Origin: Octopus bimaculoides
Lineage: Eukaryota
Reading direction: 5' to 3'
Assembly: GCF_001194135.2 (NCBI RefSeq)
Contig: NC_068981.1
Span: forward strand, 22,664,737 to 22,728,736
Length of the DNA: 64,000 nucleotides
In this document: one piece after another, positions 35,829 through 48,942 of the stretch
Numbering within the stretch: the stretch's first letter is position 1
Layout of the letters: each line of letters begins with the position of its first letter
Notes under the pieces: model-generated
What the model saw: the letters and a program-made list of their open reading frames with translations, nothing else
Told to the model about the DNA's origin: nothing
Database searches by the model: none
Made by a program: the position numbers and the translations under genes

Positions 35829-37260
35829 TAGGTCATCCTATAAATAATGTTTTTTTTTTTATACTTTCTTTTATTTTTACAGAATTAAGATAAAGTTTTT
35901 TTAAAATCTAAAATAAACTCTCCTTCATTTTCTACAATGCTCTTCCATCTGTCCATAGAGAAATATTACCTTATTTGGAAACAGGTGTGGGTTGGTGACA
36001 GGAGGGAGGGGTTTCTGGTCATAGAAAATCTGCCTCAACAAATTCTGTCTGACCCATGCAAGGTGGATGTTAAAATAATGACAAATCTAAAAACGAAATT
36101 CATAATAGTGATACAGTAATAAAATGATAAAATGAAGGAAGTTGTTTGAATGTAAATTGTTGCTGGTTGATTGTCATATGAAGGAGATATCATCTAGAAA
36201 ATGACCGAAATAGGACTAGATAGCTGTTTGCTCTTCTCAAGTAGGCCTTGTGTTTATTGGAAGTGGGTGGGTGGGTGAGTGCAACGCTTAGTTCTTACAT
36301 GCCAAATATGATGTATTTCAAGCTTTTCTGGGGGTCATGCAGTACACCCTGCTGCTATTCAGTGTTTGACTAAGTGGAATATAGAATGTTATCAAGGTAT
36401 ATAGCTTTTTGTTTTCATATCCACTAAGGTGGAACTTCAGTATGTGAATATTTTGATTTATCTGGATGGACTGTAATTAGTTGGCAGTTCAACCCAGTAC
36501 AATATTTTGATTAAATAGGGCTATTAAGAGTGGCAGAGACTGTTTAACCCTAGGCTCACCTATCCCAGTTGATTCCTTTTTTTTTTAAACGCCTTCCTAT
36601 ATCTAGGACTGTATCATCTAATGTGTCCATATACTTTTTTATCAAACAGTATCTTGTAATCTGAGAGGAAAATTTGACTATTTCTCACAGATCCTCCAAA
36701 TAGATTGAGTAAATCTATAATTAAGGACATTCCACTGAGACCATCCTGTCCTCTCTCTCTTATATTTTTTTTTCAGAGACTACTTTGTTGATTTAAGATG
36801 GCAGGGTGTTATTTGAGGGTTATTTGGCAACTGTTTCTAACAGTTGTTACTTTTGCTGGGTGAGGGACGAAGTGGCCAGAGAGTTATTTCAAAGAGATGG
36901 AATAACCAGACAGAATAGTTGAAGTAATTGGGTTGTGTTTGACATTTTCCTTGACTTCTGACATTCTTGCAGTATTGTTTCGGTCGGTCTTCTCTGCTGA
37001 ACAGATTAACTGATAAGAAGTTTAGGATTTAATTTTACAGAAGTACAGGGTCTTTTTTTTTCCTGTTTTTTTTTTTTTTTTTTGTATCTACTTGCTGCAA
37101 TTACGTATTTATCTTTAAAATGTAAGTTTCTTTGGTTCTGTATATATATTTGTTTTGTTGTTTTTTTAGATTTGATTTAAATCACCTTTTGCATTAGCAA
37201 TGTATGTATGGCTTTCCATGTATTTATCTACAAGCTATTAATACTCTTTGTATATTACTG

Positions 37261-37311
<51 letters not shown>

Positions 37312-37869
37312 CATACATATATATATATATAGGATGCACAAAAGTAGTTAGCAGTAAATATCAACATGTAATCAATTCCTTCAAAACCTGGAAAGCTCCC
37401 TGGCTCTTTGACATTGAGACTACTCTGTCACATGTTATGCTTATTTATCCACATTGTTTTGAAGCAATCTTGCATGACCTTGTAGCTTTGAGATTTCATT
37501 GATGTGATTATTTTTAGAATGGTGTTATAGGGTTGGTGTGTGAGGCTGAATCTGGCCATTTGAACGTAAACAGGTAGAATGTTTGGGCCTGATCTGGCTG
37601 GTTTAAATGCTGCCTTTGTGACCAAACAACTTGTGAAGATGGGTGCTCTGAAAGCAAAGTAGGAAGAGTAAAAATGGAGTGAAAAAGTTCAGGCTATCAT
37701 AACCTCGGTAGGCTACAAAAAGACATTTTCTTTTAGTGAAGGCCAGTCTTTATTATATCTATGAATGAAATGTGATATTGCATGGTAGCGAAATAAGGGC
37801 ATTAAATGTAGAGGATGTGAAAACTCTAGAATGAAATGGAGTGAGTATACTCAGCTGGATGTGTCGTGT

Positions 37870-38205
37870 TTAGCATACATATCAACCAGGTATTGCTGAA
37901 ATAGATCACAATACATGTGTAATTGATTTGATTGTTTATCATCAGTTGGTAAGAATAGAAGTCATTTGATGACACCGTTTTGTTTGTAACTGGCTCTCGT
38001 GTTGCAGGTTCAATCTGTGGAATATTGAAATGATACCCATCTTGTCCATTCCACAAAATAAGAGGATACTGGAGAGCATCATAAGAGGAATGAGTCTCTG
38101 AAACACATTTAAGGTTGATATCTCGAGCACAAATGAGAATATCACAATTTTCATGGGGATCACCTACCATAAGGATGGCTACTTCATTAGATGTAGTCTC
38201 ATTAA
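37870..38205 (-). pseudogene. Helitron Rep/helicase ORF fragment
   Basis: FNETTSNEVAILMVGD...VSETHSSYDALQYPLILWNGQDGYHFNI...VSSNDFYSYQLMI, then after a frameshift LHMYCDLFQQYLVDMYAK: all hallmark Helitron Rep-upstream motifs. Confidence 0.9.
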
Positions 38206-38800
38206 AATGGTGTAAAATGTCCTTTATTATAGTTTAATATAGACGTCTTGAACAAGAAAACACACACACATACTCACAGACACGTAGACACTCATAGAAT
38301 TGATAATATTGTAAACAGCAAAACATATACACACAGAGTTCAAGTAAAACAAAATGTAGTCAATATAGGTGCAATACATAAATTCTGTAGCATAGTTACG
38401 CAATAAAATTTTTTTTAGGGAATATTTCCAAAAGAAATATTCCAGTGTCAGTAAGTCACCAGTTTAGCAAAAATGACTATGCATCACCAATATAACAAAG
38501 TACAGAAAGCCAACATTTATTTGGAACATGCACTAAATGTTATAAAACTGCAGCTCTCCATGATGTAAAGGAAAATCCAAACAGTGGTACTTAAAAGTGA
38601 ATACTGTTGTTCGTTCAATGTCCACGCCGCAACTAAACTAAACTCTTTCAAAACCAGCGCATTTTAATGTTGTGCGGAAGTTGTTGCTTGTTTTACAACA
38701 CCGCCAACCCTACCTGGATGGTGTCTGTCCAAGCACAACTAAATTATGGCACAGCGATAAAATAGTTCTGTCATGTCTCACTACATTTGTATATGTATGT

Positions 38801-39480
38801 GTAGATGTGTGTGTGTGTGTGTGTGTCTAATTGTCTGAAGCCTAACGTATAAAAATTACCACACATACACACATACTCTGACATACACTCATAAACATAT
38901 ACTAAGACAGACACACAGACATGCATTCACGCACACCTCAAGTGTATCTCTGTTTCTGTGTGTGTGTGTGTCTCTCTCTTTCTCTTTATATGTGTGTGTG
39001 TCAGTTGTTACAAAAATATATGTATACGACACACTCATACAGTCTCATATACACTCACACACATATACTTCTCAGTCATCGGTCTAACGTACGTAACGAA
39101 CACGAAAACACACACTCACAGACACATACACATGAATGTGTAGATGTGTGTGTTTAATTGTTTGATGCTTAACATATAACAACTGTCACATATATATTTG
39201 CACACATACACTCTGACATACGGTCACATACATATAATAAGACAGACACACACAGACATACATTCATGCACACTTCAGGCCTACCTCTGTCCCTCTGTGC
39301 GCCTGTCTCTGTCTTTAGATGTGTGTATGTGTGTCAGTTGTCTCAAAAATGTATGTATACTGACAGACACATACACCCTCACACACATATACTTCACAGT
39401 CATCGGCCTAACGTATGCAATGAATGCATAAACACACACACACACACATTCACAAATACACACACACTCATATAGAAAAT
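38801..39480. repeat. Diverged tandem duplication, about 325-340-bp unit, CA/TG-rich
   Basis: tagatgtgtgtg at 38802 and 39140; tatacttc(t/a)cagtcatcgg(t/c)ctaacgta at about 39064 and 39389; ctctgacatac in both units. Confidence 0.75.
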
Positions 39481-39718
39481 GTGACATAGTTGTGGTGGTA
39501 TAAAATGTTGTTTACGATAGTTGACTTATAGAAAGATTATATTAAATTTTTGTAATGCAAATATGTAAATGAAAATAAAGTTTATTTGGTAGCCGAAATA
39601 TTACTGAATCTTTTGATACACCACATGTCAAATTGGTAACTAAGTTTTTGAATCTGTAAGGAACATATGCATATGCATGCGTGCACACACATGCACACAA
39701 ACTCTGATTTATCATATA

Positions 39719-39773
<55 letters not shown>

Positions 39774-40109
39774 TGCTTATGTAAATGCACATAGTCCAGT
39801 GGTTTTGTGTGTTGTGATTACAATCGTGAGGTTATGAATTCAATTCCCATACTGGGTTGTGTGTTGTATTCTTGAGCCAGACAATTTATTTCAAGTTGAT
39901 CCAGTTCATTCAATTGTAGAAATAAGTTATGATGTCACTGGTGCCAAGCTGTATCAGACTTTGCCTTTTCCTCACACAACATTGGTGGTGTGGAGAGGGG
40001 AGACTGGTGTGCAGGGGTGACTGCTGGTCTTCCACAAACAACCTTACCTGGACTTGTACCTTGGAGGAGAACTTTCTAGGTACAATCCCATGGTCATTCA
40101 CGACTGAAG

Positions 40110-40150
40110 AGATTCTTTATATATACATATATGTGTGTGTGTGTATATAT

Positions 40151-40195
<45 letters not shown>

Positions 40196-40220
40196 TACAT
40201 ATATATATATACACACACAC

Positions 40221-40280
<60 letters not shown>

Positions 40281-40312
40281 ATACACACACACACATATAT
40301 ATATATATATAT
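40110..40312. repeat. Compound (TA)n/(CA)n microsatellite
   Basis: Alternating TA and CA blocks. Confidence 0.95.
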
Positions 40313-41004
40313 TCACTTGTTCCCTATTTTTTAGAATTGTATGTGTTAACTGTCTTATCAAATTTTCCCAAATATGTCACCAGAAAACACACACAGACAA
40401 TTTTCTTTAAAATTATTTCTGTATGCTGGTTATGTACCTGTATGTGGTTAATTTCGTGTTACTGTACATAAATTTTTCATTTGATTTGTGTGTCCACGAG
40501 TGTGTACGTGTATCTATGTGCGTGCGTGTGTGTGTGTGTGTTTCTTATGTTGCCATATATGAGTAGACAGAGGGCAGGCGTTATAAACTGTATTCCCTTT
40601 TATTACACACAGAGAACTTAAAAATACTTCAGTAACACATGCCAGCCGTCTTGCCAGATGGCTGTGTGGCTGCAAAGGTTGGGGGTTGTTTGGTGGGGGT
40701 AGGGGCTGTGCTCAGTTGTTTATTCAAGAAATTTCAAAAAAAGATAAGTGTGTTTCCTTTTGGCTCTTCACTGCTTCCCTTATACACAATCTTCTGCCCA
40801 CCTATTTCTTATACTTTAACCCACTCTACTTCTCATCTGCATCAAAAATGTCTGGCTTACTCTGATATCAGTTGGTTTTTACATTATCAAATTTGATTTA
40901 TTAATTATTTTCTTTACTTATTAGTCTCATATATTATAGAGTAACTAATGAACATTAATTACTGTTTAGGGACTTAATTAATTTATCACAAGTTATGAAA
41001 TATT

Positions 41005-41380
41005 CTTGGCTGTGTGGTTAAGAAGTTTGCTTCACAACCATGTGATTTGGGGTTCAATTCCACGGCATGATATCTTGGAAAAGTGTTTTTGACAATAGCT
41101 CCAAACTAATTCCTTGTAAATGAATTTGATAAAGACTGTGAGGAAGCCCATCATATATGCATGTATGTGTGTGTGTGTTTTGCATTTGTCCCCCACAGCC
41201 ACCTGATAACCAGTGTTAGTTTGTTTATGTCTCCATAACTGATTTGGTTTGGTGAAGAAGACCAATAGGATAAGTTTCAGATTTAAATAGGTACTAGGCA
41301 CAATCTATTTGATGAAGCCCTTCAAAGCAGTGCCCCAGCATGGCCGCAATCCAATAACTGAAGCAAGTACAAGTTAAAAT
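41005..41380 (+). mobile_element. SINE family A (diverged)
   Basis: ggctgtgtggttaagaag...gtgccccagcatggccgcaatcc. Confidence 0.75.
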
Positions 41381-42867
41381 ATATTTACCATCATATCCTT
41401 TTCTTTTCCTGTAACTGATTGAGCCAGTTGCTGTATATCTTGTTATGGCACCATCATGTTGTTCGTTTCTGGTGTTCCATGAAAAATCATATCAGGCCAT
41501 GGGAAATATTCCCTTGGCCTTGAAATCAGTGAGGGTTGGTAATAAGAAGGGTATCTAGCTATGGAAAATCTGCCTCAGCAAATTCAGTTTGACCCATCTA
41601 AGCACAAGTAAGGGGATGGTAACTGGTGATAATGAACATAAAGGGCTGTTAGTAAAAACTCTAAGTATTATGTTTTGTCAGATGCACAAACGATTGCTAA
41701 TTTAATACTTCGAGTGACCAGACTGTTTCTTTTTCTCTGCTAATTAACATTTCAAATTTAGTTTCCATTATAGATTAGAACCATTTCAACTAATACTGTT
41801 TTGTCCTTGGGAACCACACATTGTATTTTTTTTCCACTTTAATGTTAGGTCCTCAACCAATAAAACAAGCTAGAGAATAATTTCTCTTTTACCCAAGCAT
41901 GGCCTTGTGATCAAAAAGGTTGTTTTGCAGTCATGTGCAGCACCTTGGGCAAGTATCTTCTACAGTAGCCTGAAACTAACCAATGTCATGTGAGTGACTT
42001 TTGGTAGATGGAAGCTGGGTGGATGCCTGCCATATACAGACACAAACACATGAGTGGTTGAAATGGAGTTCTTCCAAATGATTTCTAGAGTCACATTACT
42101 CAATAGACATGGAAATAGAATATCACAGGAAAGAATCAAAGAATCACAAGACAGATTCTTCAAGCTGAGCCAACTGACAGGAGAACCATGGGTAGCTCAA
42201 GAATAAAATGGATGGATGATATCCATAGACTCAGTTGATCATGCCTGAAAGTCTAATAATGGTTACTTCTGATAGGATCGTATAGAAGAGGTGCTTGAGG
42301 ATATTATAACCATAGCCCTCCCAGGAATAGTGGACAAAGAAGATGGATGGATATGTGTGTATGTTTGTGTTCGTTTGTCCCCCATCACCACTGCTTGACA
42401 ACCAGTGCTGGTTTGTTTACATCCCTGTAATTTAGTGGTTTTGGCAAAAGATTCTGACAATATAAGTATCAGTCTTTATTTCTTTAAGTACTGGGGTTGA
42501 TTTGTTTGACTAAGCACTCAAGGCAGTGCCTGCTCCAGCATGGCTGCAGTTTAATGACTAAAACAAGTAAAAAGATATAATATAAACAATGCAGAAAAGG
42601 AGTGGCTATGAGTATTTATTTATTTATTGATTGATTTATATTTATTGATTTTGAAGTGATTAACAAGCAGCGAAGATGCTGGTAGTAAAGAAATTACATT
42701 GTTGATTCCATACTAGAATTATGGATAATAATAATAATAAAAAAAAAAAAAGATAGTAATGGTTGCAATTCATTTGATAACGACAAATAAACAGGATGCT
42801 GCTGAAAACGGAACTAATTCCAAGAGGACGTTTCTTTGTAACGGATAATAAATAATTCTCATCAACC

Positions 42868-43434
42868 ACTAGGGAAGATGCTCACACACACACAAGGTGT
42901 GCCTATGAAACCGGATAGAAAGTTTGATTTGCACGTGTGTGTCAATTAGTATTTATTGTTGTGTAGTCAACATTTCTTGTGATTGAATAAATTTGTAAAG
43001 TTTATGTTGATGATAAGGCATATCTACACAAGTTGCAGCTGAAATTTTGTTTCCTCATAACTTTCAGAAGAATGGATGATTTTTAATGAAATTTTCTACA
43101 AAACCTTTCAGACAGTGTAGAATCCAATTATATCGGATTCTGAAGTGAAAATGATTTGCAGGATGGAATGGGAGAAGAGTCTCAGATAATTCACATGAAT
43201 CCCTTTTGCTTCCTCATAACTTTCTGAAAAATGGGCATTTTTTTTAATGAAATTTTCTACAGGCGTAGGAGTGGCTGTGTGGTAAGTAGCTTGCTTACGA
43301 ACCACTTGGTTCCAGGTTCAGTCCCACTGCGCGGCACCGTGGGCAAGTGTCATCTACTATAGCCTCAGGCTGACCAAAGCCTTGTGAGTGGATTTGGTAG
43401 ACGGAAAGTGAAAGAAGCCCGTCGTATATATGCG

Positions 43435-43469
<35 letters not shown>

Positions 43470-44110
43470 ATGTGTATGCTTGTGTGTCTGCGTTTGTCCC
43501 CCCAACATCGCTTGACAACCGATGCTGGTGTGTTTACGTCCCCTTAACTTAGCGGTTCGGCAAATGCGATCGATAGAATAAGTACTAGGCTTACAAAGAA
43601 TAAGTACTGGGGTCGATTTGCTCGACTAAAGGCGGTGCTCCAGCATGGCCACAGTCAAAAGACTGAAACAAGTAAAAGAGCAAGTACTTTTCAGATACAG
43701 CAAACTACAAATATATCGGAATTTAATGTTAGCAGAAAAAGAAAAAAAGAGAGAAAAAATCGTGGACGTGCACGCATACATACTGACACATGTCACAATG
43801 TTTTCGAAATTTCAAGTTTCATTTTGCTGATATGTATGTGATGTAGGCCAGTGTGTATGTGGGTGCGCCCACCAATTTTTTTTTTCCTACTTTCACTTCT
43901 GATATAATCGTAATCTAAACAATTTGAAACGTTTTTGTAGAATATTTCATTGAAGAATATTTATTTTTCTGAAAGTTATGAGGAAACAAAGTCGGGGCGA
44001 TGAACACTTGTCACGGTATGCTGAAATTTGTATGTTATGTTGATTCTAAAAACGGGGATAGTCTGAAATTCCACTAACGTATACATAGCGGACGTAACAT
44101 TATTATTATG
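42868..44110. mobile_element. Repeat composite with direct and inverted CTCATAACTTTC units (possibly Helentron/HINE-related), interrupted by a SINE
   Basis: Direct copies at 43046 and 43207; inverted copy at 43933-43990. Confidence 0.4.
43261..43680 (+). mobile_element. SINE family A (young, full length)
   Basis: Near-consensus, CpG-rich copy. Confidence 0.93.
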
Positions 44111-44560
44111 TATGCCAGAAGGTATGGCCGAGTAATTAAGAAGTTGCTTTTCTAATCATGAGATCCCAGGTTCACTCCCATTGTATAACATCTTGAGCAA
44201 GTCCCTTCTGTCATGGCCTCTGATAGACCCATGTGAGAGAAATTGGGTGACGTAAATGAAATGTGTAGTAGTCTATTGGACGGACTACACATTTGATTGA
44301 AACGGTTTAGTTTTCTTATACGCTGCAGCGCTAATCCTCCTCGTATGTCTACGGAATACTCAGCCACTAACATGCTAATATACTTAGTAGGTTGATCGAA
44401 AATCTGGAATACTCAGCGTTGAACCGACACCTAGCAGGACTTCCCTTGTTCCCTCGATTATTTTTACATCTATCGACTAATATATTTTTTTAGTTCACGT
44501 TCCACAAGAACCCGAGTTTCTCTCCCCCCTCTCTCTCACAGACATATATATATATATATA

Positions 44561-44707
44561 NNNNNNNNNNNNNNNNNNNNNNNNNNNNNNNNNNNNNNNN
44601 NNNNNNNNNNNNNNNNNNNNNNNNNNNNNNNNNNNNNNNNNNNNNNNNNNNNNNNNNNNNNNNNNNNNNNNNNNNNNNNNNNNNNNNNNNNNNNNNNNNN
44701 NNNNNNN
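44561..44707. other. Assembly gap
   Basis: N run flanked by (TA)n. Confidence 0.99.
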
Positions 44708-44740
<33 letters not shown>

Positions 44741-47700
44741 ATTAAGGCCAGTTCAATATGAACACAAAGTATAATACTTTATTAGCATCTGTGCAATATT
44801 GGCACTATGCTCACTACGAAAAACAAAAACATTCTATTGCTGTCATGTGTTTTGTCAAAGATTGGGGTCTATAAATTCATTCATGTCACGTGCCTGTTAT
44901 CCTATCAGGTTTTCTATTTATAGAACTCCAGGCCTTGTAAACTAATAATTTTCGCAATTTTTCTTTCTTTTTCTCTTAGAATATAGGAGCGAGTGATGTC
45001 AACCGCCACAATTATCCCCCCGACCCCCAAAAATGTTTTTTTTCAAAGGACAGTGGGGAATACGAATTCCCAGATGCGGTCTCAATGGCACAAAGGTCCA
45101 GTCTCGTCACATTCTGTGTCCCACTGATGTCACCTGAGATTTACATTGAGGGTGTAGCAGAAGAGGTTACCAGAGACGTCGGCCACTTAACATGCTAATT
45201 AAATAAGCCTGGTAGATTAGTTAGTTGATCGAACAAGTGAGATCTCATGGTCTGACATTCGAACCAACATCCATTGTGTATGCTTTAATATATTCGATTT
45301 AACACAAAACTTTTTGTGTTTGGAATTTCACTACTTAAGTGATAAAGGTGGATTTTTTTACTAGTAAAACTTTATTCCCGTGCCAAACCTGAAAGTCAAA
45401 TAAGTATCTATCGTTGGATATATGAGATATATCTAATCTGCTTAACTCCGTCTCCATGACCCTTAATACTGATCGTGTATTTTGACCGGCGCAAACATAA
45501 TCCAACTGCCTCCAGTTAATCTCTTGCATATCTTTTATTATCGCCTATCGGCTTCATTCAGCTGATAGGGGCAAGACGAAGTCTCACTCATTTAACTCTA
45601 CTCTTAACACTATCACCTCATAAGTAAATGTTCCGTTGTTGTTCTTAAATTTCCTTTCAAATAATGACTTTGATTCAACATTGCATTTTCCATTCCATTC
45701 ACATCTACGATGCATTATAGTAATATAAATCTACTGTAGTGTCCACTGGTGCTTAATTGTTTCGATCCGAAGTGATAGAAGGTGAAGTTGACAACGGCGA
45801 GATTCGATCTCAGGACAGTAATATTTGAAGCGGATACTAAAAAGCACTACCAATAGTTTAGCTTAAGTTGGCGAAAATTTTAATTATGAAATAAAATAAA
45901 AATCATCCGCAACCTTTTTTGTTGTTGCTCTTTTTTTTTCTGTCGCTTGTACATCTCTAGTTTCAATTACACTTGTTTTTTTCTGATTAACTGCTTTCAT
46001 TTTCATCTTAAACCATTCAATCTGCATAATTTTTATTTTTATTTCACTTTCTTTCCCCTTTCTCTCGTTATATCAGACACATGCAGAAAGAGTGAGTGAA
46101 TACTATCAACTATAACAAAATTCAGTGAATGTTGAAGGCTACTTTCATTGATATATGTATTAAGTAACTCAGTTTACACGTACATATACAACTACACCTA
46201 CCACTTGCAAAATTAAAATTATTTTCTTATACTTCAGTATCTTTTTAAACTAGTAACATGTCCGTCCCTTGATATATTTACTGACAACCCCCTCTCACTC
46301 TTTAATTGACGCTTGCCCAACATGGTCTTAAATTCATTGTCTACATTATTTTTGACTACTTTCATATCACTTCAGTTTCCTTCCCTCCCCCTTTTCCATA
46401 TAGTGTTTGTGTGCGTACGTACATATTATGTATGCCCCAGTATGGCCAAAGTCAAATTGGCTGGAGCCAGTATACAACAGAATTACAAGCACTTTCCACC
46501 GATCTCTTTCTATTTACCATAATTCCTTGTTTTAAAATAATAATGAAATTATTGTGTATAATACTGTGAGAGCGTGCGTTTATTCTCAGTTGAATTGTAA
46601 GATTTTTCATTCAAATATAATAAAAGAAAGAAGAAAACGTATGAAAGATGTGAATTGGTAAAAAATTTTTAAACGAAGAACTAAGCCAACAACATCTAAA
46701 TTAGTAGTTGCGAGGAAAACGCAATTGTCGATGTTATTCGACGAATCGAGTTCAAATCGTACTGTTTGCTATTCATCCTCCTTGGATCGTTAACTTAAGT
46801 AACAGTGAAGTAAATAATGTTGTTGTAATCAATTGTTTCTTACTCCACGGATTTTGGCCTTGTGACTAAGTTATAAATCAGGATTTAAAAATAAAAGGTA
46901 TCACAACCAGCTCTTTCCATTCAATCTCCAAATAACTAGCATCATGTATATATATATAAGAAATGAAGTTACTTTGCGTTACATTCTTCTTTAGACAATA
47001 TACTTCATGACTGACGAATTCGTTAAAATTAACAAAATATTATTACATGGATAGTTCTTTAATTCTTACTATCGATTTTAAAATAAAGAAAACCAACTTT
47101 AGCAAATAAAGAATAAAAATAAGAAACAAGAGAAAAAAATAATAAAAAAGAGAAAAAAATAATAATGTTGCAGCATCTGCATCTATGGAAGCCGATTTCC
47201 AATTTGTAAACAACATAGTCGAACCAACGTGGTAACCTCTACATATTCGCTCGATCTTTTGAGAATAACAGCTAAATCTCCTTCAAATCAGATCCTAATC
47301 TTAAACAGGAAGGACATGCTGAATACTGTAGTTTTGAATACATACAAGGTCTGAATAAAACACGGGATAGTCACAGTTGGAATACCTTTCTTTGATCATA
47401 GGTTTGATCACGCAGAACTGACCTGGGGCTAAACAACAAAAGCATGTGATTCTTAGTTTAAATTGAATAACGTTCGATGAAAATCGAATCCCGCATCTCT
47501 TAACTGTCAGCCACTAGAGAAGTGAAATTGTTTACATACTGTATATCGATTAATTTATATAAAAGTACACATAATGTGTGTGTAAGTGTGTAAGATTCCG
47601 CGGTTTTAGAACACATTAGCGAATATTTGGTCCCGTTTGAAGGAGGTCGGTTGAATGAACGACTGTCAAAGCCCGAAATATGTGTATTAGTAGCAGCGAT

Positions 47701-48899
47701 AGTAGCTGCATCATTGGTAGCAACAGATTACTCAGCTGCAGCAACAGTTGGAGGGGTAGAGAGTTCGAGAGGGAGATGGTGACGATGATTTATGTTGATG
47801 TTCGACACTTTTTAACTTGTCACTTCGTTTTTCTCCTCCGCTTCAGCATTCTCTAACATAATACTCTCCGTCCGCCCTCTTCTCTCTTACTTGCGCACGA
47901 ATTGCGGCTCCTCTGATGATGGCTTGCTCTGTTGCAGTCCCTCGCTGTAACTTTCAATAATGCATTCAGTAATGATTACAGAGTGTAGGTGTCCAGGGAC
48001 ATATATTACAACAACAACAATGAATGGATCGGCAACAATCAAAATAACAATGAAGTGAATAGGGAGGAGCTACGCACAGGAGGTTGGGTGCGATGATGTG
48101 GTAAGGGTAAGAACAGAAAGAAATAGGGGGAAAGTAAAGAGATTGACGGGGAAAGTGTAAACGAAAGAAAAAGAAAATGTAAAGAGCGAAAGAGTAAGTT
48201 GTGACTGATGGGAAAGAAAGCGAGAAAAACAAAAGACCATAGTTTGCAAGGGCTGGGTTTTCGTGTAAAGCATGAAAGGAAATAAGAAAGGAAAGTGATG
48301 CTGAGAAAGAAGAGAGTAAGAGAGAGAATGGAAGATGAAGAAAAGGTGGCAGATAAGGTGAAGAAAAGGGAACGAAAATATTATCCCTTAATATGTGAAT
48401 TTTGATTAAATATCTTCATATGAAAGAGAATATTAAGATAACGGTATTCCGAACGAATTCGACTCATGCTTAAAACACCAGTAACTAGAACCTGTTTCAC
48501 TTTCCATGTTAGTTTCTTGTACTAACATGTTAAAATAAAAGACAATTAATTAAAAAAAAAAAAAAACATCTACACCCCCAGCTCTATAAACGTGGGAATG
48601 AGTTTTCAAAGATTTGAAAATAAGTTAAATTCGACCGCGCAAACTTTGGATTACTCTTATCATTTCTTGCAGGTATTTATAAAATGAAACAACTAGAAGA
48701 AGCCCTATCAACAGCGAATGTGTTTCCCCCTTTCTCATTTATTTATCAATTTTCGCATGTTTATATCTATTTCTACAGATAAATAATAACATACACTCCT
48801 CACTTTATGCCGCAGTTTCATATGCTTACCGCCGCACGGATGAAACATCTTTTTCTCAGCGTCTTAAAGCTTCTCGCACGTGTGAATTTTGATACATAC

Positions 48900-48942
48900 C
48901 GACTACACTGGAGCGATAATATCTTCGGTTAAACACTTTCAT
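48900..48942 (-). CDS. Candidate first coding exon MKVFNRRYYRSSVV(G)
   Basis: ATG at 48942, open to donor G|gtatgt (48899-48894), inside the CpG-retaining block. Confidence 0.15.

Noticed and set aside
36777-36859. Exon with strong splice sites encoding signal-peptide-like MAGCYLRVIWQLFLTVVTFAG
   Set aside because: Sequence aligns by eye to the reverse of the common ctagaaatagcagccaaatctcc repeat (cf. 13450-13630); at most a cryptic exonisation site.
45335-45545. Minus ORF MQEINWRQLDYVCAGQ...
   Set aside because: Short, no recognised motif and no good donor; covered by the CpG-block finding.
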